Source: Octopus bimaculoides (Eukaryota). From it: DNA of 64,000 bases. Position numbers and translations under genes: made by a program. Below, one piece after another: positions 12,656-25,078 of this stretch (position 1 is its first letter; every line of letters begins with the position of its first letter). A model generated the notes under the pieces. That model did no database searches, was not told the DNA's origin, and saw nothing but the letters and a program-made list of their open reading frames with translations. The stretch lies in assembly GCF_001194135.2 (NCBI RefSeq), contig NC_068994.1, forward strand, positions 20,874,508 to 20,938,507. The letters run 5' to 3'.

Positions 12656-13789
12656 GATATTTTAAAATAGTTAATGTTAAAGGTGAAGTAATGAAATATT
12701 TTGTTCAAAAATGAATTTTATTTTATCATACAAAGTTAAAAGAACCCCTTTTTTTTTTTTTAATATTATCTATTCTGGTGTAAAAGCAATTATCATTGAT
12801 TTCCCTCTAGCATTTTAGTTACTGTTTCTTTTTCTTTTTTCTTTGCTTAAAAGGAGTTTACCATGTTTTTATTTGTTTCAGTTTTATTATGCATTATATT
12901 TTGCATTTATTTGTTTCAGTTTTATTTTGCATTCTATATGCCATGGCTTGAGTTGTGGTAGATTGGCTATCCTTTTTGTCAAAAGTTCTCATTTACTTGT
13001 TCCTGTATGGTTTCAAGCTTAGTATTGGCTTTATGAGTCCTTTTTATTCTTATCTGTATGATAATTAGTTATATATATGATAATAGTTTAAATTTGTCAA
13101 TATTTTTATGTGTAATAATCACTGGTGTAGTTCTAACATGAATATTTACCATACACTTCCTCATATCATAATTTGACAGCCATTGTTATTTATTATATTC
13201 TATAATAGCCTCTGTTCTTTTGAACCTGCCATCTGCCCTTGTTTTTTCATATCTTACCTCTTCCCTGATGACTTACCCATCATACTACTCATCCAAGTCC
13301 TCTCCATCATATATGTACAGTCCCACTTCTCCCAGAACTATAACAGTCAGGAACTCTGCCCCCTATCGCCTTCTCTACGCACACACTCAAGCACACACAT
13401 CCACATTGGCTGTATATCACTCACATATTACCAACTTCTACTTTCTCAACAATATCAATAAAAACTATCCAACACAGCACACTTTCATGTAAGTCAGTTG
13501 GGTATCCTCAGATTTCACACCTGACCTGTTTAAAACATTAGATAAAAATAAAACATTATGAGCAAAAAAAATCAGTTAAAGTAGGTACATGTACTTTCCA
13601 TGTGTAATAACAGTATCAAAAGGGTGGAATAGTGCATGATAAACATTTACTGTTTTGTCTTTACTCCCCTGTTCCCATCATAATTTTAATCTTGACAATT
13701 GTTTACTCTACGTTTGATAATATTTGATAATGATGATAAGATCATATTATATTAATGTTTTATGATATCAAAATATTAATATTTTATAA

Positions 13790-14025
13790 TATTAATGATA
13801 AAAATAATCCTTTCTACTATAGGCACAAGGCTTGAAATTTTACTGGCAGGGGATAGTTGATTACATCAGCCCCAGTGCTCAACTGGTACTTGTTTCACCA
13901 ACCCCAAAAGCATGAAAGGCAATGTAGACCTTGGCAAAATTTGGACTCAGAATGTAGACAGGTGAAATGCTGTTAAGCATTTTGTCTGGCATGTTAACAA
14001 TTCTGCCAGCTCACCACCTTAATAA
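13790..14025 (-). mobile_element. tRNA-derived SINE, family C with (ATT)n tail. Other copies: 15135-15260(-), 25580-25810(-), 33012-33230(+), 34005-34180(-), 34185-34420(-), 42375-42580(-), 49283-49476(-), 57815-57975(+), 59860-59950(+), 61405-61650(+), 61800-62032(+)
   Basis: The sense form at 61800 has A-box-like ctggcagaa, B-box gagttcaaattcc, the core gtcaact..cctttcattc..gataaattaagtaccag and the tail agtagaaacgattattatt. Confidence 0.9.
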
Positions 14026-14059
14026 TAATAATTATTGTTATTATATTGCTATTTATTAG

Positions 14060-14472
14060 GTTAAGAAGCTAGCTTTCCAACCTAATAGAAAGCTAGATTC
14101 AGTCTCATCGCATGGCATCTTGGGTAAGTGTCTTCTACTGTAACCCCAGGCCATCCAAAGATTTGTGTGTGGATTTGGTAGATGTAAACTGAGAGAAGTG
14201 TGTGGAAATGTGTACCTATATGTATAGGCGTGTATGCTTGTGTCTCCTTGTCTTGACATAACGTGGATAGTGCCACTGTCATACAAGAAGCACTGTTCAT
14301 TTCCAGTGTTCTGCAAAAACATATCTGACCAGGGGAAAATATTAACTTGCTTAGAAACAGGTGAGGGTTGGCAACAAGAAGAGCATCTATGCCATAGAAA
14401 ATCTGCCTCAATAAACTTTATCTGACACATGCAAGCATGGGAAAGTGGACGTTAAAGCAATGATGATGATGA
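14060..14472 (+). mobile_element. SINE with a family-B tRNA head and an RTE-derived 3' tail. Second copy at 57290-57650(-)
   Basis: The head matches family B. The end gcatgggaaagtggacgttaaagcaatgatgatgat matches the RTE tail at ~21385-21434. Confidence 0.8.
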
Positions 14473-16174
14473 ATAGTTGTTTCTAACAATTTTAATATTG
14501 AAGAGAATAGTAGTCATTTCCTTTGATTTCTAGATAGAGGCAAAAAGGAAATAACACTTGCTGACCAAAGACAAAAAAATTAAATAAAAATTTTGTTACA
14601 CAGTGTAATCATAAATTTAATATAACCATAAATCATAATTTGTTTTTTAACTACATATGGATAAAGACAAAATAGGATTAAATGAGCCCCCATCCTCCTG
14701 AACTTCACAGCTGTGCTTGCTTTTTGTCTTCCTTATCTATATCTTCTCTGTTTAGTTTTGCAATTCAAATGCAAATATGTGTGTACATCATATGTCAATG
14801 GCATAGTGTAGAAATTAAAATTAGGTTAGCTGAACAATGTAAGGTAAACTTGATCATAACTTTGTAAAATAAGGGCAATATGTTTAAATGACAGTACGTG
14901 TTTTTACAGAAATTGTATACAGATGTTTTTGTAGTATAGCCTGGATAATATATCATTAAGATACTAGTTCTTTCCCATGTGATATTGATTTTCTTTTCTT
15001 TTTTTTTTTTGGCTTATTTATTACTGTCTTATTATCAGTCAGTTTCCTATATTCTTTCATAACAGATGACACTAAATGAGAAATACTGTTTAATATCAAG
15101 ATAACGATGACCATGTTGACAATGATGATTTCACATTTAGGTACAAGGCCAGCAATTTTGAGGGGAGTTGAGTGGGAGTCAGTCAATGCCATTGATCTTA
15201 TTACTTGACTGATACCTTATTTTACCTGATTCCAAAAAGGTGTAAAGCAAAGTTGGTTGCTTTATCTAGAATTTTTTCAGTATAAAAGAGAGTTTAGAAC
15301 CATTTTTAATGTTTTACCTCAGCCATGTCTTGTCTTAAGCAAAAATTTTAACACTGATAATGGTGTGATAACAATAATGATAGGTGTAATATTACTAAAA
15401 TTAAGAATAATGATCTCATTTAATTATACACAAGTTTATTCTACTTCTTATTTCTATTTTGTTTTCCATGGCTTAGTTAGTTATGTTCATGATTTACAGG
15501 GCATCTGTGACTGTTTGGGGAGGGGAGAAAAACACCCACTTTCATGGATTATCTTCACATTGGAAACTTGGTTCAAATGTTTGCAACTGACTAGATTCAG
15601 CTAAAGACATTGAAGAACCCATTCATAGTTTTAAACCAAGTAATAGATTAAATCTACCACCCAAGAATTGATTATGTCCACCTGATGGTTTTCTATACTG
15701 TTTCCATCTGCCCAATTTCACTCACTTGAGCCAAACTTCGTAATTATAGAGACAAACATGCACTTGATTGAATCAATAGAATCACTTACAAATAGGATTT
15801 TCAGCTTCTGTCCAAAATTTTGATAACTTCATACCATGACTATATCAAAAATCAAGAACTGTTAAGATAAACATCATCAAGAAGATTACAAGACATGGCA
15901 ACAGAACAAAGAATCTTAGAGGCTGGTCACATCCTGCTTCAGCCAGGTCATTGTTATTCAAAAACAGTATTGAGATGAACTTCAACAGAAGGAAGGAAAA
16001 GGACCAGGGTCATATGGTTGTGAACCTTTCAGAAGGCCCTAAAGTCTGTCAGTAGACACAAGGAATGTTTGTTTTGAATTGCTATGTTGGAGGGAAAATG
16101 TTTGTGGGGAAGTTAGCACAACGGATTTGTTGAGAATAAGGTACATTAGCTAGATCCAAAGTAGAGTAGAAAAT

Positions 16175-16868
16175 ATGGCATACCTATGCAAGTGTGCCTC
16201 CACATACCCCATTCTTGATTTTGTTTCCTCACAGATTCCAAAAAAGTTGATATTTTTTAATGAAATTATCTGCAAATATGCTTCAAATGGTGTAGATTCC
16301 GATGGTATCAGAATTTGTTGTGAAGAAATTTTTCCAGGCAACAGGGAGAGGAGTTTCAGAAAATTCACACAAGCTGGCTTTGTGTCTTTATAACTTCAGA
16401 AAAAATGGGTATTTTTAAATAAAATTTTCTACATATACCTTTCAGAATTTCGTGTGAAAAGGAAAATGGTGAGCACACACACATACATACTAATGCACAT
16501 TACAATTTTTTTTCAAATTTCAAGTTTCATTTTGTAGATAAATGTGATGTGTGTCAGTATGTGTGTGTGTGAGCCTACCATTTTTCCTTTTTTATATTAA
16601 AGTTCAATATAATTGTAATCTACATACTCTGAAAGGCATTTCTAGAAAATGTAATCAAAGAATATCAAAGAAACAAAACCAACTTGTGGGAATTTTCCAA
16701 AACTTTTCTCTCCACTCAGAAAATATTTTCAAAACAAATTCCAATATAATCGGAATTTACACCATCTGAAGCATATTTGTTGCAAATTTCATTAAAAAAT
16801 ATGCATTTTTCTGGAAGTCATGAGGAAACAAAATCAGCAAGGAACACTTGTGTCAGTATGCCAAAAAT
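16175..16868. mobile_element. Decayed foldback (palindromic) element, ~700 bp
   Basis: 16175-16395 is the imperfect reverse complement of 16668-16868. Inner segments (cctttcaga, aaaaggaaaatggt, cacacacacatact) also mirror toward a centre near 16520. Confidence 0.8.
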
Positions 16869-17995
16869 ATTTCAATTCTGATCCCCTGCTGACTCTATAA
16901 AGCTCAATTAAGATCCACAATTGAATACTGCTCCCTTACCAGGAATGCCACTGCTAGTACATACATAAATATTCTGGACCACATCTGATTGATTGGTGAA
17001 GATTCACTTGCTAACATACTACAAACTGACCCCAAAACACATGCTACCTATTATATCACTACTGCAATGACCTCTACTCCTCAAAGGTGTATATCAACCC
17101 ACCCATGCCCACCTGTAACATTTATCTCCCCTTCTCTTATCACCCTTACTGTGTGTCTCCATTCCAAGGCTTCTACTTAATTTCCTTGATGCACAAACTT
17201 TACTCACTAGAAAGTTAACTCCCCTTCCTATCATGTTTTTCCTGCAGATATTGACTTCCTAATATTCAAAGTGAACATGAATCATATCAATTTCACCAGA
17301 CTTGGAGGGCCTGTCAGAGTCATGAGCAGTATATCCCTTTATCAACCAAAGCTAATCTGAGACTAAACAACATGAGCCAACTAGTGGAATCTCTATACAG
17401 CTGCTTTTTAACTGCTAGAAATAGAAGCCAAATCTCCTCAAATTATGTATTATTACCTTAAATACAGAAAGCCTTGTCATAGAAGGTCTTTGATTATAGT
17501 CCTGCTTAAGTTAGTACTAACAAAACAACACATATTTTAAAAATTGTATAGTAGTTTTAGTTCATACTGGTAAAAATGATACAGTAATCCTATATTTATT
17601 TCCTTTTGGAGAGTTGGTCTTTTCCTCCCTTCACTCCTGACAGCTGTGTCTTACTTTTCCTTGTCATTGTATTATATAAAACAGTTTCAGAAAATGTAAG
17701 CCATTGACTGACATTTAGACCAACTAAGACTTTTCTATGGTGATGGTGGAGGCTGGCATGGTGTTCAGACCATTAAAGCATTAACAACAAAAAGGGAGTG
17801 CCAGTCTGACATCCAAACTGCTATGGCAGGGTAGAGGGGAAATTGTGAGGGTGGGGCTCAGGCTATGAACTGGAACAGATCTATTTATATCTCACTCAGC
17901 ATCTGGAGCAGAATAGTATTTGTTGTCTAAAAACCTTGGAGTTTAAAGAAATAAAGAAATTCACACACACTGTCTCTATTTTCTTTGTATATATA

Positions 17996-18199
17996 CTGGG
18001 GTGCTGAAAAGTTCCTGGCTTTAAAGCCTGGTTGGAGGCCCAACCTTCTGAGTTTTTTTACAGGGGCTAGAAAAACTGAAGGACTACTGCAATAAGTATG
18101 TGAATCTGAGACAGGAATATGTTTAATAAAATCATGATTAACTGATCTTCCTGTGTTTTCTTTTACCCAAAGCCAGGAACTTTTCAGCACCCTTCCTCA
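17996..18199 (+). mobile_element. Internally deleted mariner derivative (MITE), ~200 bp
   Basis: Perfect 24-bp inverted repeat gggtgctgaaaagttcctggcttt (17999-18022 / 18169-18192) with TA nearby at both ends. The interior translates to QGLEKLKDYCNKYVNLRQEYV, resembling a mariner C-terminus. Confidence 0.9.
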
Positions 18200-19279
18200 T
18201 ATGAGTGTGTGTGTTTGTGTATGTATACATATATACTTCCATGTTCATACCACTGATGCATTCTTCATAGTAAAACAGCATACAAGAAAGTTTCTTAGCT
18301 AAGAGCTAGCCACATTGATCTGGAAATGGCTTTTAGCTGGGTACCACACTTTGAAATGCTGTGACACTAAGTAAACTAAGTTCAGATGAATGGCTTGTTA
18401 GAGTCATGTAAGCTAGTGATTCTCATACTGACAAATACCAGCCCCTCCCCTTCAAATATATTATCTTTTACTTGTCTCAGTCATTAGACTTTGGCCATGC
18501 TGGGACACCACTTTGAAGGATCTTTTAGTTAAATGAACTAACCCCAGTCTTTTTCCTTTTTTTTTTAGCCTTGCACCTATTCTATCAGTCACTTTTGCCA
18601 AACCACTAAGTTACAGGATTGTAAACACACCAACACTACTTATCAAACGGTGGTGGGGCATGAGCACAGACACACACATTTACATGATAGGCTTCTTTCG
18701 GTTTCCATCTACCAAATCCACTCACAAGGCTTTGGTTGGCTCGAGGCTTTAGTAGAAGGTACTTGCCCAAGGTGCCACACAGTGGGACTGAACCTAGAAC
18801 CATGTGGTTCGGAAGCAAGTTTCTTACCACACAGCATTTTTTTTTTTTTACATCCTTCCCTCTATTAATGAGATGACTTGATAGATTTTGCATCTGTATA
18901 ATTCTTCTTTCTTCATCAAAGTGTTTGATAAGTTTAACACTTTAGCATTCACATTTTTCTGTCAAATGTAATGCTCATTTATTCACATTGTTTTAAATTA
19001 ATCTTGCATTATCTTGTAGCATCAAGAACTTCAACGGTGTAATTGTTTATCTTTTAGAATGAGGGGAGATGTGAAAGGCTAGTTATGGTTGGTCTGAACA
19101 TAAGCTAGGTAGAATGTTTGGGCCAGATATGGCTGGTTTAAATGCTAAAGGGTTAAAAAGTTAGAAACTTCTTTTTAATTTCAATTAATATGACAATTTG
19201 TCTGTCTCATTTTCAATCTTCATCCATCCTCCTGAGAAATAGTGATGTAAGTCATATTACAGAGATATTGTCAGCAAGG

Positions 19280-19780
19280 TGTGATTTAGCATACAGGATG
19301 TTGTTCATGGGAACAGCCATCCGTAAACTACTGGTGAATTAGTGCTCATAGCTGTTAAAGAAATTAGTGAAGAAATTCCAAATGTGGAAGCAAAACCTAG
19401 AAATAAGAGGTTGTAAAGACCTAGCAAAGACAACAGTTCTAGTTAGGAAATAAGACAGGATTATAGTTATACTGGAAGTGGCCATGCTTGATATACAAAA
19501 ACAGTTGATAGGAAATCTATATGGTATACCAATTGTAAGGTATGGGTATGCAAAGGTGCAGCGGGGTCACAAGGCAGGTTGATGGAGAAGGACTTTATGT
19601 ATAACAGATGCACAGGAGCAGATTGCAATTAGATCAACATCATCAGTATAATGCCTGACTTGAAATGGATGGCACTTCTTGAGATAGTATTCAATGGCTA
19701 GATGCTCTTCCTGATGTCTATCTTACTTTTCATGAGGTACATTATTTCATTGTTCTTTGCATGTCAACTCATTAAGCTGC
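19280..19780 (+). mobile_element. Decayed RTE RT fragment. Further remnants at ~20000-20280(+) and ~20520-20640(-, WEFLYADDLVL)
   Basis: KF..WKQNLE motif and remains of the Cys/His finger. YADD in ORF 20495..20746. Confidence 0.75.
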
Positions 19781-20805
19781 AGAATATAAACAAATGTCGC
19801 TGTTCCTGTGTTGTATCAATACAAACACACATAGCAGTAAACATATATATATATGTACCATTTGTACATGCACATGCATACTCAACAAGTTTCTGTATCG
19901 TTACTATCTACCAAATTTCATTTTCTAAGCTATAGTAGAAGACACCATCTCGAAGTATTACACAGTGAGATCCTGAAGTGTTACACAGTATAATACTTGA
20001 ATAAGAAGAGTAATGTTGTATGGTAGCAAAACAAAATTATGGAATGTGTAGGATATGTGAAGGTTGCAAAGGAATGAGATAACCATGCTACACTGAATGT
20101 GTAATTAATGTACATGAATGATGAATCACAAATGAGGTGAGAGAAAAACTGGATATAAAAGGAATCAGATGTAGTGTGCAAGAGAGAAGACTGAGTATGT
20201 GTATGGAGAATGAGAGATGGATAAAAAAAAAGTGCTAAACAATCCAAGAAGAAGGAACCAGCAGAAAAGGAAGGCATGGGGGAAAAATTGAAAGCTTATC
20301 CCAGGATGTAAGCTTGGAAAAATGAGTATTAAAGTAGGATGATGATGATGATGGTGGTGTTAGTAATGGCAGCACATGTGTGTGTGTATGTGCGTATATA
20401 TTTCTTTGTGTAGGTATATATTACCATCTTCATTATTTTATACCTGTTTTTCCAAACTGGCATGAGTTGGAAAAGTCTGCCCCAGCACAGCATCTCACCA
20501 CTTGTGATTCCTAGTCACCCTCCTTTTGTGGGGTCCGTATCTTCTTCTGCAGGCTTCTTCTGCCTCTAAATCTGTTTCTGATTTGGCTGTGAGAACTAGG
20601 TCGTCAGCATACAAAAATTCCCACAGAAAGCCGATCTTAAACAAATCTAAAACCTGGTGGTTGTAAAACAAAACTTCTACTTCTGAGATGTTAATACATA
20701 TAATATAAAAATTTATAAACATCAATTTGGGACAGAAAATTAACAAGAGACCTACTGAGAGGACTCAAATTATGTAGCTATCACTTCCGGCAGTAACTAC
20801 AATTT

Positions 20806-21434
20806 TGTACTTTTGAGAGAAAAGCTGAACATTAGAAGCATCAGTTGTGGCGTGCAAGAGAGACGATTGCGCTGGTATGGACATGTGGTGAGAATGGAGG
20901 AGGATAGCTGCGTGAAAAAGTGCCACACCCTAACAGTTGAGGGAACCCGTGGAAGAGGTAGGCCCAGGAAGACCTGGGCTGAGGTGGTGAGGCAAGACCT
21001 TCGTACATTGGGCCTCACCGAGGCGATGACTACGGACCGAGACCTTTGGAAATGGGCTGTGCGTGAGAAGACCCGGCAAGCCAAGTAAGATCGTTGCCAG
21101 TGCCCCTGGACTGGTTCTTGTNNNNNNNNNNNNNNNNNNNNNNNNNNNNNNNNNNNNNNNNNNNNNNNNNNNNNNNNNNNNNNNNNNNNNNNNGGGTGGC
21201 ACATAAAAGACACCATTTCGAGCGTGGCCGTTTTCGTGCGGGTGACACGTAAAAGCACCCACTACACTCTCTGAGTGGTTGGCGTTAGGAAGGGCATCCA
21301 GCTGTAGAAACTCTGCCAAATCAGACTGGAGCCTGGTGTTGCCATCCGGTTTCACCAGTCCTCAGTCAAATCGTCCAACCCATGCTAGCATGGAAAGCGG
21401 ACGTTAAACGATGATGATGATGATGATGATGATG
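20806..21434 (+). mobile_element. Young 5'-truncated RTE LINE with an intact C-terminal ORF, 3' UTR and (GAT)n tail
   Basis: ORF 20813..21088 reads RRLRWYGHVVRM...RGRGRPRKTW...DRDLWKWAV with no stops. Many CpGs are retained and it ends in (gat)n. Confidence 0.95.
21122..21193. other. Assembly gap inside an RTE 3' UTR
   Basis: N run with RTE tail sequence on both sides. Confidence 1.
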
Positions 21435-21453
21435 AATAATGTATGAATACATA

Positions 21454-22737
21454 TCAGGTTGAGTAAAAAGTAAGCAATGTTTTGAACCATGAAAACTTGG
21501 TATCAGATTTTTGCAGAGTTTTGAATTTCTTTTAAATACTTTTTTGCAATTGTCTGATAATACAGACATAGACTTACTCAAATGCATCAATAAATTAACA
21601 TTGATATTTTTTTCACTGTTGTTAGAATAATCTGAAATAGAACTATCAAAGCATGATATTCGAACAATTTTGCTATTCAACTTCAAAAAAGGACGTAAAG
21701 CAGTTGAAACTGCTCGCAATATCAACAAAACATTTGGTGAGGAAATGACCAGTGAGTGGCCAGCTCGAAAATGGTTTAAACACTTTCGCAGTGGAGACCT
21801 GAGCCTTGAAGATCATGAGTGTAGTGGAAGCTCATCTGTCATCAATAACGGTCAATTAAAGACTGACATCGAAAAAGATCCATGTAAAACGTCTTGAGAA
21901 CTGGCAAAAGAACTTCAAGTTAGCCAGAAAACTGCCTGCAGCCATTTGCATGTGATTTGAAAATCAAAAAAGCTCAACAACTGGGTCCCACACAATTTGA
22001 ATGAAAATCAGAAAATGAGCAGATATGAAATTTGCTTGTCACTCCTTCTCCATAACCAGACCAATCCATTTCTTGACTGTATTGTAACTTGCGATGAAAA
22101 GTGGATTCTGTACAATAATAAAAAACATTCTTCGCAGTGGTTGGACCAAAATGAAACACCAAAAACCTTCTCTAGACTCAAGCACTTCAAAAAGAAGGTT
22201 ATGATGACTGATTGGGGGTGTACTGCTGGACTCATCCACTATAACTTCTTAAAACCTGGCAAAACCATTACTTCAGAAACATAGTGCCATGAAATTGCCA
22301 AAATGAATAAACAAACTGCTACTCCTCCATCCCAGACTGGTCAACAGAAGAGGGCCAATCATTCTTCATGACAATGCCCAACCGCACATTTCACTAATGA
22401 TGCTCCAGAAGTTGAGGGAACTTAGCTATGAAATTCTTCCCCACCCAACTTACTCCCCAGACCTTTCTCCTACCGACTACCCTTTTTTCAAGCACCTTGA
22501 TGGTTTCCTGCGAGAGAAGGAGTTCAAAAATGAAACCGATGCTGAAAATGCATTCAAAGAGTTCATCAGCTCCAGAACTCCAGAATTTTTATGTTACCAA
22601 AATAAACAAACTTGTAACTCATTGGCAAAAATGTGTTGATTGTAATGGTACTTTGATGAATAAAATTTCTGCATTGTTGAAATATATTGTGATGAATTTC
22701 ATGTTTCAAAATGTTGCTTACTTTTTACTCAGCCTGA
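21454..22737 (+). mobile_element. Full-length decayed mariner (DD34D) transposon, 1284 bp, with a transposase pseudogene
   Basis: 40-bp TIRs with 4 mismatches (tcaggttgagtaaaaagtaagcaa...), TA on both flanks. Motifs ETARNIN..FG, WVPHNL, IVTCDEKW, LHDNA and HPTYSPDLSPTDY. Several stops and frameshifts. Confidence 0.97.
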
Positions 22738-22834
22738 TACATGCATGCATACATCCACACATACATATATGGCATGTGTATATACATACTCCTATCTCTT
22801 AAGATAAAGCAATAGTGTACTTTCCCAAATTTAA

Positions 22835-22890
22835 ACCAACTTGAAGACAGACTTAAAAGAATGACCAACTTGAAGACAGACTTAAAAGAA
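22835..22890. repeat. Tandem duplication of accaacttgaagacagacttaaaagaa (period 29). Similar short tandem duplications at ~2546-2598, ~41856-41891 and ~54776-54845
   Basis: Direct reading. Confidence 0.9.
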
Positions 22891-24780
22891 AGACACCTGC
22901 TACTAAAACACTTTATATAGTACATTGACATATATTGCATTTACATATATCTAAAAACATTGTAAATCTGTATATGAGCATATAATACATCAATTAAAAA
23001 GTAATTTATATGTGATACTGAAAGGAAGTTCAACTAAAATAGAACATATGGCAACCTTCTCATTTAAGTTTGTCTGTTGGGTGATCTTTAATGTTAGTTT
23101 AGCATCAGCTGGTAAGATGTTGAATACATTTACAGTATATTGTAGCATTTCTAATATAGTAGTAAGTTTGTTTGTTTTTTTTTGTTTTCTTTTTGAAATC
23201 ATGTTGGTAATAATGCTTTATTATTTCTGACATAGAACTGTAGAATTAGAAAGTACAAATTTCTAAAGACTTCATCAAGAGCATTTGTTAGATTCTAACA
23301 ATGACATGGTAACGCCTTATGTATTTGTCTCTACAGAATGTCATGATAATAGTTATTGTAATGATAGCTTTTTTTTTAAGACATGGAAGCAAATGGTGTC
23401 CTGTATGATGTCCTTCCTATCATTGACCCATTAGTATTTAAACTGACCATATCTGGCCCCAAATATTCTACCTGTTTTATGTTCAAACTGGTCAAATCTG
23501 GCCTCTCATACCTATGCTACAATGCCATTCTAAAAATAAAACAATCACAACATTGAAATCTCAAAGCTATGAGGTAATGCATGATTAATTCAAAACAATG
23601 TGAGTAAAGAAGCTTTACATTCAAGGGAGTAATCTGAATGTTAAAGTGTTAATTACTTTGACTGTTATCTCTCACAGGTTAAGTGATATATGAAGTCCCT
23701 CCACTGGTTCATCAAGCAAATATTTTAACTGGTAGTTGACTTTCATACTACCTACCAGCAGTGTATCTATAGAATGGGTGTGGTGATTATTTTGAGTTTG
23801 GAAGACTGAAGTTCAGGATTACAGCAAAAATGTTTTGTAATGGTTTGGCCTAGTTCGTTTGTAGTCAGTAGGTCCTCTGTGTGTGCGTGTACTGGCAGTT
23901 GATAGGAGGCCCGAATGTAATCTATCACTAGTTACTAATTTTCTTTTGGAAATTGGTTATTTTCCCCTTTTTTCCACATAATTGATTATTCCAAAAATAC
24001 ATTCCATTTTCTCTAAGACATTACTCAATAGTTACAACTTCCCTTGCAGACATTTCCTGTCATCTCTTCAAAAAAAAAAATGTTTTACATTTATCTGAAA
24101 TTTATTTTTCATGTATTAATAACATTTATCATTTATTTTCTTGTTGCAGCAAAAACGGTAATTTAATACGTGAGAAATGTGTTACTATTGTTTGAAACTG
24201 TAAAACATTTGCAAACAGTTTGTTCTCATCTCTACAAGTATCTGTTTCACTGTAACACGTTATCTATTATCAGTGTTGGTAGCTGTACAATTTTTGATAA
24301 TTTAATTCAAGTACACCATGATTATTTGTCTGATTTATTCAAAATTTTTATCTGCTAATTTATTTGTATTCACATATGTTCACATTAGCAATTCCCTAGA
24401 AAAAGGAAGCTAAGCTATTAAAATTAATCTCCAGAGGTTTACCATATCAGATATTTTTACATCCTTCACACTTGTGTTTTAAGAAGGCTGCTTTAGATGT
24501 TTATCCTTAATTTTTCTCCTGGTGAAAATAATGAAAATATTTTAAAGGGTTTTAATTTGTTTCTTTTCCATATGGATTTCAGTAGTTATTCATGCATGAA
24601 GCTAATTATATTTATCCTAGCTATAACTTGTTCTGGACGTTTTTCTGGCTTTTGACTTCTCTCTTACTTTACAAACATTCAAGAATCAGCTATATTAGCA
24701 TTATTTTGTTTATGAATTTTAAATTTGAAATGATATTGCTGTTACATTAGCTGTGACCTGCTCAGCTATCTCTCCAGTGA

Positions 24781-25078
24781 AGGCACATGGTTTAATTGTT
24801 AGGGAATTCGGCTCGAGATCATAAGTTCATGATTTCAATTCCTGGCAGCATGTTGTGTCCCTGAGCAAGGCACCTTATTTCATGTTGGTTCAGTCCATTC
24901 AGCTGACAAAAAGAATAGTACCTGTATTTCAAAGAACCAGCTTTGAAATACAAATACTACATGAAGGGTACTCATTTTTGTGGAGTGCTCAGCCACTTGC
25001 ATGTTAACTTCACAAGCAGGCTGTTCCATTGATTGGATCAACTGGAACCCTCGTTGTTGTAACTGAGGGAGTGCCAGT
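24781..25078 (+). mobile_element. SINE family A (decayed). Another copy at 56266-56584; family-A-like heads with other bodies at 41745-41945 and 60582-60890
   Basis: tRNA-like head, tgtgtcc(c)tgagcaag segment and the shared 3' body gagtgctcagccacttgcatgtt..gcaggctgttcc. Confidence 0.85.

Noticed and set aside
21670-22639. Domesticated SETMAR-like gene
   Set aside because: Multiple stops and frameshifts, no SET exon, and intact TIRs with TA TSDs show a dead transposon copy.
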